Source: an uncultured delta proteobacterium
GTDB taxonomy: Bacteria > Myxococcota_A > Polyangia > Fen-1088
Direction of reading: 5' to 3'
Length of the DNA stretch: 64,000 nucleotides
NCBI GenBank assembly: GCA_963737265.1
Contig: CAVTRY010000023.1
Span: 384,001 to 448,000 of the forward strand
The translations under genes and the position numbers were made by a program. Positions within the stretch are counted from its first letter, which is position 1; every line of letters starts with the position of its first letter. A model generated the notes under the pieces. It ran no database searches and was not told the DNA's origin. It saw only the letters and a program-made list of their open reading frames with translations. This document shows, piece by piece, positions 30,370-39,717 of this stretch.

Positions 30370-31608
30370 CTAGTTGTGCTTCAAGGAAGATGGCGAAGGT
30401 GGGACGTTGGCGGGCTTCGCCTCGGCCGTCGGTGGCGACGTCGCAGTCGTGCGCGCCCCGCTGTAGGGATTCACATCGCGCGTGACCCGCACCGCGGCGC
30501 CATCAGCCAGACCGTCCGCTCCGGCGATGACCACCTCTTCGCCCGGCACCAGCCCGGAACGAACTTCCAGAAATCCGCCGTCGTCGATCTCGGCGCCGGT
30601 GGTGATAGTCCGCCGTTCCACCTTCGTGTCGTGAAGCACGAACACGTATTTCTGGTTAGACGAAATCTGCACGGCATTGACCGAAACCACGGGCGTGTTG
30701 GCGTGAACTTCGCGCCGGATGGATCCGCGCCCGTACATGCCCGGTCGCAGCTCGCCCGAATCGTTGGCCAACTGAACCTCGGCCTCCAAGGTGCGGGTCA
30801 GCGGATCGAAGGATGGAGCCATGCGCACCACCTTGCCCCAGAAGCTACGGCCCGGCAGGGAATCCAGCTCCACATGAGCATCCATGCCGACCGAGATCCC
30901 CATGGCATCGATTTCGTTCAAGCTGAGAAATACGCGCAATCGATCCATGCGGACCACGGTGATGATGGCGCCGCCGCCGGGCGGGCCGACCAGTGCACCA
31001 GAGTCGAGCCGGCGCGCGGATACGTAACCCGTGATGGGCGAGGTGATGCGCGTTTCGCCGAGCCGAATCGCCAGCCCGGAAATTTGTGCCTGCGCCGAGG
31101 CTTCCGAGGATTCGGCGGATGCCAACGCCGCGCTCGCCGACTGCAATTCCTGCTGGCTGACCACGCCCGAGGGCGCGAGCTTGCTGGCCCGTTCGAAATT
31201 GGTGCGCGCCAGCGCCGCCTGCGCCTTGATCTGCCCGATGCTGCTGCGAGCAGCGGCGAGCTGGTCGGGAAGATCGCTCGGCCGTACCAAGGCGACAATC
31301 TGGCCTTTCTTCACCCGATCCCCGCGCTCAACAAAAATGGCGTCGACGTAGCCCAAGACCTTGGACCCGACGTCGGCCTGTTCGAGCGGACGCAAGTCCA
31401 CGGGAGCTTGGACTTCGACGGGAACGTCGCGCGCGACGACGTTGATGACAACAACCGACGGCGCAAGACGGCCCTTGCCGGCGGCGGAGGATTCGGCCCG
31501 GGAACACGCCGCGAAATTCGCCGCGATGAGGACGACGACCAGACCAAGCTCGCGCGCGGGGATCGTCGAAGACGCGCCCGAGAACTTCCGAGAGAAGCAC
31601 GACATCAT
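30370..31608 (-). CDS. RND periplasmic adaptor (MFP) lipoprotein
   Basis: FAAC lipobox; VERGDRVKKGQ; ITSPITG; DPLTRT; LRPGMY; start approximate. Confidence 0.9.
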   Translation of the reverse strand: MMSCFSRKFSGASSTIPARELGLVVVLIAANFAACSRAESSAAGKGRLAPSVVVINVVARDVPVEVQAPVDLRPLEQADVGSKVLGYVDAIFVERGDRVKKGQIVALVRPSDLPDQLAAARSSIGQIKAQAALARTNFERASKLAPSGVVSQQELQSASAALASAESSEASAQAQISGLAIRLGETRITSPITGYVSARRLDSGALVGPPGGGAIITVVRMDRLRVFLSLNEIDAMGISVGMDAHVELDSLPGRSFWGKVVRMAPSFDPLTRTLEAEVQLANDSGELRPGMYGRGSIRREVHANTPVVSVNAVQISSNQKYVFVLHDTKVERRTITTGAEIDDGGFLEVRSGLVPGEEVVIAGADGLADGAAVRVTRDVNPYSGARTTATSPPTAEAKPANVPPSPSSLKHN

Positions 31609-31674
31609 CGTGCGGCTAGACTTAGTCTCGAACTGCCGCCGGCGCAACAGCCTGTTTCCACCAGGTTGCAGGTT

Positions 31675-31689
31675 TGGTGCGCAAGTTGA
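31675..31689 (+). promoter_or_regulatory. possible sigma54 -24/-12 promoter
   Basis: TGGTGCG-N4-TTGA about 35 nt before ATG 31725; imperfect match. Confidence 0.3.
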
Positions 31690-31724
31690 CGACACGCGAT
31701 CCGTGCTTCTCTTAGGTATCAGCC

Positions 31725-31997
31725 ATGAACATCGAATTTCACAACAGGCAAGCAACCGACTCAACCGGCCTGGTATCCGCTCAGGTGAATCTCGAAAGCG
31801 TGCCGGATATGTTTCAACTGCTGACCCAAGCTGCGGAAGTTGCAGCTAAGGCCGGCATCCCGCCCGAGTCGTACATGGCGTCTGCCTGGCAGGCCTACCT
31901 GCGCGCCTCCCCCGGTTTGGCCGAACACCTGGCCGAGGCGCAGTTCGACGCCGCGCTAGAGGATCTGCGTAGCACCGGCCGCTTGGCGAAAGCCTAG
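31725..31997 (+). CDS. small helical hypothetical protein
   Basis: 90-aa ORF with gene-like codon use, filling the gap before the cytochrome gene. Confidence 0.6.
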   Translation: MNIEFHNRQATDSTGLVSAQVNLESVPDMFQLLTQAAEVAAKAGIPPESYMASAWQAYLRASPGLAEHLAEAQFDAALEDLRSTGRLAKA

Positions 31998-32030
31998 AGC
32001 CTCCGAACGGCACCGCGCTATGCTAGCGCA

Positions 32031-33902
32031 GTGAGGTGCCCGACCCCGGTCGTAGTGGTGCTGCTCGGCGCGAGCTGCCGGGGACCGTCGGCGGGTGTCG
32101 CCATCGGATCGGCGCAAGGGCGAGAAACCCGAAGCAACATTCTCCGCTCGGACTACGTTGGCTCCGCCGCCTGCGCGCCCTGTCACGCCGAGATCTACGC
32201 CCGATGGCGCGCCTCGCCTATGCACCAGATGACCCGCGATCCCGAGCACGCCGAGATCCGCGCGCCCTTCGCGGGCGAAACCTTCACCTTCAAGGACGAC
32301 AGGGCAACCTTGTTCCGCGCGGGAACATCGCGCCTTGTTCGCGTCGCTTCAGCGGCCAGCGGCGAACATCTGTATCGGGTCACGCGCGTGATCGGCAACC
32401 GCTTCCGCGAAGACTTCGCTGGCGTTGAAGTCACATCGCCCACGGACAACGTCCGGCGCGGCTTCGTGCCCGAGCTGGTGTTGCCGGTGACCTACTATTT
32501 CCAGACGCAAGGCTATCGTCCCAAGGGGTACTCGGTCATGACCCACGAACGACCGGGCCTGCGCGCGGGCGCGGTATGGAACCAAACCTGCATCTTCTGC
32601 CACAATACCGTCCCCTGGTTCGATACTGCGTGGGGCGCGTTCGCCGGACAGTCGCCGCCCGCTTACCAAGGCGTGGTAGTGGATCGCTTGCTGCCCGAGT
32701 CGCGGCGCTTCGAGTACCGCGTAAACCACGCTGCGGCCTTCCGCGCCGCCATTGCCGACGAAGAGACAGTGGTCGGCGCGCCGCCCGCAAGCGAGCCACA
32801 GGACAATGCCGCCGCCGCGCGCGCGGGCATGCGCGCCTTGGCGAGCAAGCTCGAGGGCCAGCATCTGGTCGAGGAAGGCATCGGCTGCGAATCCTGCCAC
32901 GGCGGCGGGCGCGAGCACGCCGTGGATCCGCGCGTGCGAACGTCCTTCGCACCCCACGGCGACTTTCTCGAAGTCCGGCCGCCAGCGGGCGGAACGCCCT
33001 CGCGAGCGCTGCTGATCAACCGCACCTGCGCGCGCTGCCACCAGGTTTTGTTTTCCCGCTACCCCTACACCTGGGAAGGCGGCCTTCGGCACGGCGGTCC
33101 ACAGGGCGGCAGCACGACCACGTCGGGCGAGGCGCGCGACTTCTTGCTGGGCGGTCCGGCGAAGAACCTTGCGTGCACGGCTTGCCACGATCCGCACGCC
33201 GCGGACACGCCCGAGGCACTGGCGAAGCTCGGGACACCCGCGGGCAATGTGGTTTGCCTCGACTGCCACAAATCCTTCGCGAGCCCGGAAGGCCTCGCCA
33301 GCCACGCGCACCACTCGCCCACCGGCCCGGCGGGTGCCTGCATTGCCTGCCACATGCCCCGCAAGAACATGGCGCTCGACTACTCGCTTACGCGCTACCA
33401 TCGCATCGGATCGCCCACCGACAGCGAGCGCGTGGAACGCGATCGTCCCCTCGAATGCGCTCTCTGCCACGCCGACGAGAGCGTGGCGCAACTGGTGGGC
33501 GACATGGAACGTCTGTGGGACAAGAAGTACGACCGGGACAAATTGACGGCGCTTTATGGAGATCTGGGCGAAAATGCGCTGGTGGCGACGTTGCTTCGCG
33601 GAAAGCCGCACGAACAAGTGACCGCGGCCATGGTGCTCGCCGAGCACAGGGTGACTTCCGACCAAACTTCGGCGGCGCCGCTGGTCGCGCGCATGCTCGC
33701 CAGCCCCTACCCGCTTGCCCGTCGCTTCGCGGCCCAAGCCCTGGGGTCGATGCTCGAAGGGCCATGCGTTCTCGACGTGGATGCCCCTTTTGAAACTATC
33801 CGGACCGCTCTTGCTAGCTGCGGCCTCAACCTATCCGACCTGCCCGCCCTGCCCACGACTGCTAAGTTGAGACCCAAGTCCGACGAGCGAGACGAAGACT
33901 GA
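32031..33902 (+). CDS. octaheme cytochrome c lipoprotein with helical-repeat C-terminus
   Basis: Eight CxxCH motifs: CAPCH, CIFCH, CESCH, CARCH, CTACH, CLDCH, CIACH, CALCH; LGASC lipobox. Confidence 0.88.
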   Translation: MRCPTPVVVVLLGASCRGPSAGVAIGSAQGRETRSNILRSDYVGSAACAPCHAEIYARWRASPMHQMTRDPEHAEIRAPFAGETFTFKDDRATLFRAGTSRLVRVASAASGEHLYRVTRVIGNRFREDFAGVEVTSPTDNVRRGFVPELVLPVTYYFQTQGYRPKGYSVMTHERPGLRAGAVWNQTCIFCHNTVPWFDTAWGAFAGQSPPAYQGVVVDRLLPESRRFEYRVNHAAAFRAAIADEETVVGAPPASEPQDNAAAARAGMRALASKLEGQHLVEEGIGCESCHGGGREHAVDPRVRTSFAPHGDFLEVRPPAGGTPSRALLINRTCARCHQVLFSRYPYTWEGGLRHGGPQGGSTTTSGEARDFLLGGPAKNLACTACHDPHAADTPEALAKLGTPAGNVVCLDCHKSFASPEGLASHAHHSPTGPAGACIACHMPRKNMALDYSLTRYHRIGSPTDSERVERDRPLECALCHADESVAQLVGDMERLWDKKYDRDKLTALYGDLGENALVATLLRGKPHEQVTAAMVLAEHRVTSDQTSAAPLVARMLASPYPLARRFAAQALGSMLEGPCVLDVDAPFETIRTALASCGLNLSDLPALPTTAKLRPKSDERDED

Positions 33903-34139
33903 AATATCCTCGCTGGCGCAAACCACAATCCCGCGACAAGCGCAGCGACGTCGCGGAAGGCGGCAGAAAAAGGGCGCCTTTTCAAGATAGACGCGCCACC
34001 CAGTTGGAGCGATGAATGGTGGTCGTAAACGTCGTCGTGGTCGTGGCCGTGGCCGACGAAGATCACTTCGCCTATCGCGGGATTGCGGACAAAGGCCGAC
34101 AGCTGCATTTTTCCAACTTCTGTGGCATCCAAGGGAAGC

Positions 34140-34529
34140 GTGAAGGCATCTGAACTAGCATCATGGAAGAAGCGCTTGCTGGCGTTGCGGGCCGAGATAC
34201 TCGCCGAGGGCGATGTGGCCATCGAGCCCGTGCGCAAGGACGAAGCAGGCGCGAGCAGCGACGAGGATGGGCAACCCTTGGCGGAAATGAGCCAGGTCAT
34301 CGCCTCGAAGCGCAATCGTGAGCGAACGGGTGTGCTGGCGCGGGTGAACCAGGCGCTGTCGCGCATCGAGAGCGACCCCGGGCTGTTCGGGCTGTGCCGC
34401 GAGTGCGAAGAGCCCATCGGCAAACGGCTGCAGGTAGTGCCTTACGTCGAGTTGTGCGTCGAGTGCCAGCAGGCGCGTGACAGCGCCGACAAAACCGGCC
34501 GGCGGCGCCACTTGCTGGATTTCAAATAA
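34140..34529 (+). CDS. TraR/DksA C4 zinc-finger protein
   Basis: Coiled coil, ALSRI...FGLCRECEEPI..RL..VPY..LCVEC; start uncertain (TTG 34083 alternative). Confidence 0.85.
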   Translation: MKASELASWKKRLLALRAEILAEGDVAIEPVRKDEAGASSDEDGQPLAEMSQVIASKRNRERTGVLARVNQALSRIESDPGLFGLCRECEEPIGKRLQVVPYVELCVECQQARDSADKTGRRRHLLDFK

Positions 34530-34539
34530 AGGAGACAAC

Positions 34540-35007
34540 ATGATCAATGTGGGAAACAAGGCACCAGCGTTTACCCTGCCGGATGAGAATGGCACGCCAG
34601 TGAAACTTTCAGACCTCGCCGGCCAATGGGTCGTGCTGTACTTCTATCCCAGGGACGACACCCCGGGATGCACGGTCGAGGCCTGCGAATTCACTTCCGG
34701 GCTGGCCGGCTTCGAGAAGCTGGACGCGGCGGTCCTCGGGTGTAGCCCGGATTCGCCCGAGAGCCACCGCAAGTTCATCGCCAAGCACAAGCTGAAGGTC
34801 AAGTTGTTGTCGGACCCCGACCACGCCGTCATGGAAAAATACGGCGCCTGGGGCGAGAAGAACAACTATGGCAAAAAGACGCTCGGGGTGATCCGGTCCA
34901 CCGTCATCATCGATCCCGCGGGCAAGATCGCGCACCACTGGGCCACGGTGAAAGCCGCCGGACACGCCGAATATGTGCGCGCCAAGCTGGCCGAGCTAGC
35001 GGACTAG
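34540..35007 (+). CDS. bcp: peroxiredoxin Bcp/PrxQ
   Basis: YFYPRDDTPGCTVEAC; AGGAG RBS. Confidence 0.93.
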   Translation: MINVGNKAPAFTLPDENGTPVKLSDLAGQWVVLYFYPRDDTPGCTVEACEFTSGLAGFEKLDAAVLGCSPDSPESHRKFIAKHKLKVKLLSDPDHAVMEKYGAWGEKNNYGKKTLGVIRSTVIIDPAGKIAHHWATVKAAGHAEYVRAKLAELAD

Positions 35008-35060
35008 GAACGCACCAGCCGGGGGTCAAGATCCTACGTTCCGTGTGATAGGTTGCGGAC

Positions 35061-36098
35061 ATGCGTCTGCGTCCGCGCTTCAGTCTCTTTGCCCTTTTCG
35101 CCCTTCCGGCGTGCCTCAATCTGCCGCTACCGCGGGCCATTCCGGCATCCGGCATCGCCGGCTCGCCCAAAGCGTCGATGACGTCGCCGCGGACCAAGAG
35201 CGAAAATCCATTCGCGGGCGCCTATTTTCTGGTCGATCCGGATTCGAATGCCAACCTCCAGGTGCAGCGCTGGAAAGACACCCGCCCCGCGGACGCGGGC
35301 CTCATGAAGAAGATCGCGGATCAGCCGACCGCGGCCTGGTTCGGCGATTGGACTCCGATGATTGAAGCGGCCGTTGCGAAGTACGTGGAGAGCCACACCC
35401 GCATTGGCGCCCTGCCGGTCTTCGTGCTTTACAATCTTCCCCACCGCGACTGCGGCCAATATTCCAAGGGCGGCGCCAGCGGCGCCGAAAGCTACAAGCG
35501 CTGGATTGACGGCGCAGCGAGGGGCATCGGCGCGCGACGGGCCGTGGTCGTGCTGGAGCCCGACGCGCTCGGCCTGCTCGACAAGTGTCTTTCGCCGCAG
35601 GATCAGAAAGAGCGCCTGGCGCTCATCCGCTACGCTGTCCACATGCTCGAATCCACGCCGGGCGCCGCCGTGTACATGGACGCCGGCCATGAAGCCTGGC
35701 TAGAACCCGAGGAAATCGCCAAGCGACTCAAGGCCGCCGGCATCGACGAAGCCACCGGATTTGCCCTCAACACGTCGAACTATCGAGCCACCCTGCCGCT
35801 TGTTGCCTTCGGCACCGCCGTATCGAAACTGGCGGGTGGAAAGCACTTCATCATCGACACCGGACGCAACGGTAACGGTCCCGCCAATGCTGAGCCTGGC
35901 AGCGAGGCGTCGTGGTGCAACCCCGGAGGTCGAGCCCTGGGAACCCCGCCGACCACTAATACAGGCAATCCGCTGATCGACGCTTTCTACTGGGTCAAGC
36001 CGCCCGGGGAATCCGACGGCGCCTGCAACAAAGGCCCACGCGCCGGCGTATTTTGGGCCGAGTACGCGCTCGGCTTGGCCAAACGCGCGAAGTGGTAG
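35061..36098 (+). CDS. glycoside hydrolase family 6 (endoglucanase-like), possibly lipid-anchored
   Basis: YNLPHRDC, LEPDAL, YMDAGH, NTSNY, DTGRNG, WCNP, WVKPPGESDG. Confidence 0.92.
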   Translation: MRLRPRFSLFALFALPACLNLPLPRAIPASGIAGSPKASMTSPRTKSENPFAGAYFLVDPDSNANLQVQRWKDTRPADAGLMKKIADQPTAAWFGDWTPMIEAAVAKYVESHTRIGALPVFVLYNLPHRDCGQYSKGGASGAESYKRWIDGAARGIGARRAVVVLEPDALGLLDKCLSPQDQKERLALIRYAVHMLESTPGAAVYMDAGHEAWLEPEEIAKRLKAAGIDEATGFALNTSNYRATLPLVAFGTAVSKLAGGKHFIIDTGRNGNGPANAEPGSEASWCNPGGRALGTPPTTNTGNPLIDAFYWVKPPGESDGACNKGPRAGVFWAEYALGLAKRAKW

Positions 36099-36182
36099 TG
36101 CTCCCCGACGGAACATCCGAACGCTCGAGAGAATCTGAAAGAAGGCGCCTACTCGAACGTAATTCCGGTGACGCAGAATTGG

Positions 36183-36857
36183 TTACGGTGTATTACAGCT
36201 CGTGCTGCAGTAGCTTTCACCGCAGGCAAGCAAGCTTGACAGGTTCGCGACTGCTGACGAATAGATGGTCTCGCAATTGTTCATGCATGTGGTGTCGCTG
36301 GTGGAGCAAGCCGAAATACAGCTTGACAGGCTCACGCAGGATGCCTGGCCATCGCAGGCGGATAATTGGGGACAACAGGACTGATCTATGCAAAGGGTAC
36401 ATGCGGTAGCCGTCGATGACGGGTTGCACGCAGTGCCGGTGGACCCTGCGGAGCCTCCGTAACCTCCGCCGCTTCCGCCCGAGGCGCCCCCTCCACTTCC
36501 TCCGTAGCCGCCACCGGCGACCGGGGGCTGGCATTTGCTTGAACTGGAGCAATCAGCTATGTAGCCTTCCGTAACGCAGGCGGAGGCATTGCCATTTCCA
36601 CAGTCGATAACCGTAGAGCAGGCTACCTGCGAAGACCAACAGGTACCGGTACCGGGACAATAGTAGACGTCACCCGTGCCGCACGCCGCTTCGATCTGGC
36701 TATAGCACACATCGGCTGCTCCGGATGAGCTCGCACCCCCGCAAATAAAGCCGGTGGGGCATTCCCCAGTGGTGGAGCATTCGGTGCTACCGCTTTGGTA
36801 GGTGGGGCTGCAGCTCAACAGACCCGCGACGGCATAGGCCAAGGCGATTCGTTTCAT
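36183..36857 (-). CDS. Cys-rich lipoprotein
   Basis: Lipobox LLSC; two Cys-rich domains split by a Gly linker (CTLCIDQSCC...C). Confidence 0.75.
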   Translation of the reverse strand: MKRIALAYAVAGLLSCSPTYQSGSTECSTTGECPTGFICGGASSSGAADVCYSQIEAACGTGDVYYCPGTGTCWSSQVACSTVIDCGNGNASACVTEGYIADCSSSSKCQPPVAGGGYGGSGGGASGGSGGGYGGSAGSTGTACNPSSTATACTLCIDQSCCPQLSACDGQASCVSLSSCISACSTSDTTCMNNCETIYSSAVANLSSLLACGESYCSTSCNTP

Positions 36858-36872
36858 GAAGTTCGAGCTCCT

Positions 36873-37943
36873 CTAATATGCGTAGTGAATAACGGCACCA
36901 ACCGAGTCGGGGCGGACGACCGGCGCCAGCGCTACAAAGTTGGATGCGTGATGATCCTTGGTCGCCATCATGATGATGGCTGTCACGACGCCTGCCGCTC
37001 CCAGGCCGTAACATACGCCCTGGATATCGGCGTAGGTTTTTCCCGTACTGTCCTTGCTTGGGTTGTATTGTTTCTCGGTATCGGAAAAAGCGCTCTGAGA
37101 CAGGTAGGTAAAGATTCCGCCTGTGGCAAGGACCGCGACTCCAATACCGCCAACGATCCAAGCTGCATTATTGTTGCTGGGCAAAGGCGCGCTTCGATTA
37201 CTGGTGTCCGCGCCCAATCCAGCGGCGGAAGCGCTTTGATTCTCTGTCGCAGTTGGGGAGCCGTACACCGGCAAGACCGGCGGATATTGCGTGTCCGACG
37301 GAGGGTTGTACTGGGCCTGTGGGTAGACGGGTTGCGGGCTGTATTGGGCCTGGGGATAGCCAGGCTGGGTGCCGTGCTGACTTGCTGCCGGGTACCCATA
37401 GTCGCTCGGCTGCGACGGGGGCATGGCCGGAACGTCCGGTGCGGGCTGCGCGACGGGCGCGGCGGACGGCGTCGGCGGCAAAGCTCCCGGCAGCGCGGAG
37501 GCCGGTGGCGCCGGCGTCGTCACTACCGGCACGGGCAGCGCAGTGGCAGCAACTGGTGGCGTCGCGGCCTGGCCGCGAAGATGTTCGAGCTCGCTAATCC
37601 AAGCCTCTACCTCGGCGCGATCGTCGGCGGTGATGTCCTTTTTGCGGTGCAGGTAATCCCGCAAATTGGAAAGGGCAGGATCGTTTCTGCGCAGATAGTA
37701 ATAGCAAGCGCCCAGGTTGCGCACGAACACCAACATGTCTGGGTGGGCAACGCTCAGGTTTACGAAGACCCTGGCCGCCTCCTCGTAGTGCCCCTCCTTG
37801 TAGAGTCCGATGGCTTCCTTGGCATCGGCCTTGCCCTTCTTATCGAGATCGGCGGCCGCAGCAGATCTCACCGCTATGGGTAGGCTCCACACGAAACCGG
37901 CAACGAAGACACCGAGAAAGATAACGGTCAGTGAACGCGCCAT
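36873..37943 (-). CDS. TPR protein with Pro/Tyr/Gln-rich linker and hydrophobic C-terminal membrane region
   Basis: Signal peptide; LYKEGHYEEAA...NLGACY TPR; YPQAQY repeats; two hydrophobic segments; terminal aromatic strand GAVIHYAY. Confidence 0.75.
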   Translation of the reverse strand: MARSLTVIFLGVFVAGFVWSLPIAVRSAAAADLDKKGKADAKEAIGLYKEGHYEEAARVFVNLSVAHPDMLVFVRNLGACYYYLRRNDPALSNLRDYLHRKKDITADDRAEVEAWISELEHLRGQAATPPVAATALPVPVVTTPAPPASALPGALPPTPSAAPVAQPAPDVPAMPPSQPSDYGYPAASQHGTQPGYPQAQYSPQPVYPQAQYNPPSDTQYPPVLPVYGSPTATENQSASAAGLGADTSNRSAPLPSNNNAAWIVGGIGVAVLATGGIFTYLSQSAFSDTEKQYNPSKDSTGKTYADIQGVCYGLGAAGVVTAIIMMATKDHHASNFVALAPVVRPDSVGAVIHYAY

Positions 37944-39556
37944 TCGTCTTCCCTTCCCTGTATTGGTTTGGGCACCAGCTTGCGTGCCGCTGCGCCAGAG
38001 CGATGCTCGCCGTGTGTCGCCGCGGACTTGGTCGAGACTTCAACGCGAGGGGTGTCTAAAGGCTCAAGATCCACCGACGTGGACGTGTTTCCTTTGAGGG
38101 CGATGGCGACGGACCTTTCCTTGTAGCCGGCCATGTGCAGAACGACTCCCAGCGCGCCATCGCCCTGCGGGTAGGACTTTTCAAGAGGGGTCTGGCCGAG
38201 CACCGCGCCGTCCTTCCCGTCCACTACGACCGCACCCGCAGGCGAGCTGCTGACACGCACGTGGACGGGCGCGCTAGGAGCCGCGCTCGGTGCAACGCGA
38301 GCGACATTTCTGAAAACTGCTGGTTGGCCAGCGCCGACCGGCGCCGACGAGCTGACCGGGCGAAGCATTACGAACAGGGCGAGCCCAGCGGCGACAGCGC
38401 CGATGGCGGCGACGATCGGCCATCGCTTGGGTCGCAGGCTCTTCAGGTCTGTGTCGCTCGCCGAGGCATCGGACGACGACGTCGACTCGCCGCTGGCACG
38501 GGTAAAGGTGGTGACGCTCGGGCTCGGCGCGTACACCGTCCCCGGGGGCAGCGCGGCAGTGACTGCACGCCCCGAATCCGATGCGGGCTTGGAGGACGTT
38601 TGCCCCTGGCCCTGGTCGCTTGCCGAATAGACGGCCGTGCCTGTCGGATGCGCAGATTCATTCTCTCCGAAGAGCGCGCTTCCCTGATTGGTCAGCGCCG
38701 GGTAGGTGCCAAGCAGGGCACCTACAAAATAGTCCACGCTGTCGTAGCGCAAGTCGCGCTCCTTCGACAAGGCGCGCATCACGGATTGGTCGACGTAGTC
38801 GGGTGCGTCCGAGACGAGCGACCTCAATGGGGCAGGACTGGCGGTGAGCTGCAGGACCAACATCTCGGTGGTGGATTGGCACGCAAACGGCGGCACGCCC
38901 GCCAGCATTTCGTACACCATGATGGCAAGCGAATAGATGTCGGATCGGTGATCGACCTCGGAGCTGTCGCGACACTGCTCGGGCGACATGTACGCCGGGC
39001 TGCCCATGAGGAGTCCGGCTTGCGTCCTTACCGTCGAGGCGCGGTCCCCGCTATGCTTGACCTTGGCGATGCCGAAATCGAGCACTTTCACGCGAAATCC
39101 CATCGACGAAGGCGCGTCTGGCACCAAGAAAATATTCTCGGGCTTGAGATCGCGGTGGACAATCCCGGCTGCGTGGGCAGCCGACAACGCGGAACCAGCT
39201 TGGCGGGTGATTTCCTGCACCAGCCGAAGCGGCATCCGGCCCTGCTGAAGCAGCCGCTTCTGAAGGGAATCCCCTTCCAGGAATTCCATCAGGATGTACG
39301 GTTCGCCTTCCGGAGTTACACCCGCATCCAGTACCTCGATGATGTTGGGGTGGCGGATCGCGCTCGCCGCCCGAGCTTCATTGAGAAAGCGGCGCACCAG
39401 CTCTGGATCCTCGACCATCCCCTTGTGCAGAACTTTGATGGCGGCCCGCCGCTGCAGGAATTGATTGCGGGCTTCGTAAACCTCGCCGAACCCGCCCTCG
39501 CCAACCAAACGCACGACTTGATAGTTTCCGAAGGTCTGTCCAGTCGCCAGCGCCAT
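37928..39556 (-). CDS. membrane Ser/Thr (Hanks) kinase with extracytoplasmic PEGA-like domain
   Basis: GEGGFGEV, AIK, HRDLKPEN, DFG, YMSPEQ; TM helix; VSSSPAGA..GQTP. Confidence 0.95.
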   Translation of the reverse strand: MALATGQTFGNYQVVRLVGEGGFGEVYEARNQFLQRRAAIKVLHKGMVEDPELVRRFLNEARAASAIRHPNIIEVLDAGVTPEGEPYILMEFLEGDSLQKRLLQQGRMPLRLVQEITRQAGSALSAAHAAGIVHRDLKPENIFLVPDAPSSMGFRVKVLDFGIAKVKHSGDRASTVRTQAGLLMGSPAYMSPEQCRDSSEVDHRSDIYSLAIMVYEMLAGVPPFACQSTTEMLVLQLTASPAPLRSLVSDAPDYVDQSVMRALSKERDLRYDSVDYFVGALLGTYPALTNQGSALFGENESAHPTGTAVYSASDQGQGQTSSKPASDSGRAVTAALPPGTVYAPSPSVTTFTRASGESTSSSDASASDTDLKSLRPKRWPIVAAIGAVAAGLALFVMLRPVSSSAPVGAGQPAVFRNVARVAPSAAPSAPVHVRVSSSPAGAVVVDGKDGAVLGQTPLEKSYPQGDGALGVVLHMAGYKERSVAIALKGNTSTSVDLEPLDTPRVEVSTKSAATHGEHRSGAAARKLVPKPIQGREDEWRVH

Positions 39557-39717
39557 GTCGACAAGTCCTCGCGCGGTATTGTTACGCCAAGCTTCACGAA
39601 AAATGAAGGACTTTCTTCACGCGTGGCGAAAGAAAACACGTCCTCGCCGCGGCGGCGCGCCCCGAATCATGTGTTGCGGACCCGGGCGGCCACGACGATA
39701 ATGCCAGCCGATCGCAC

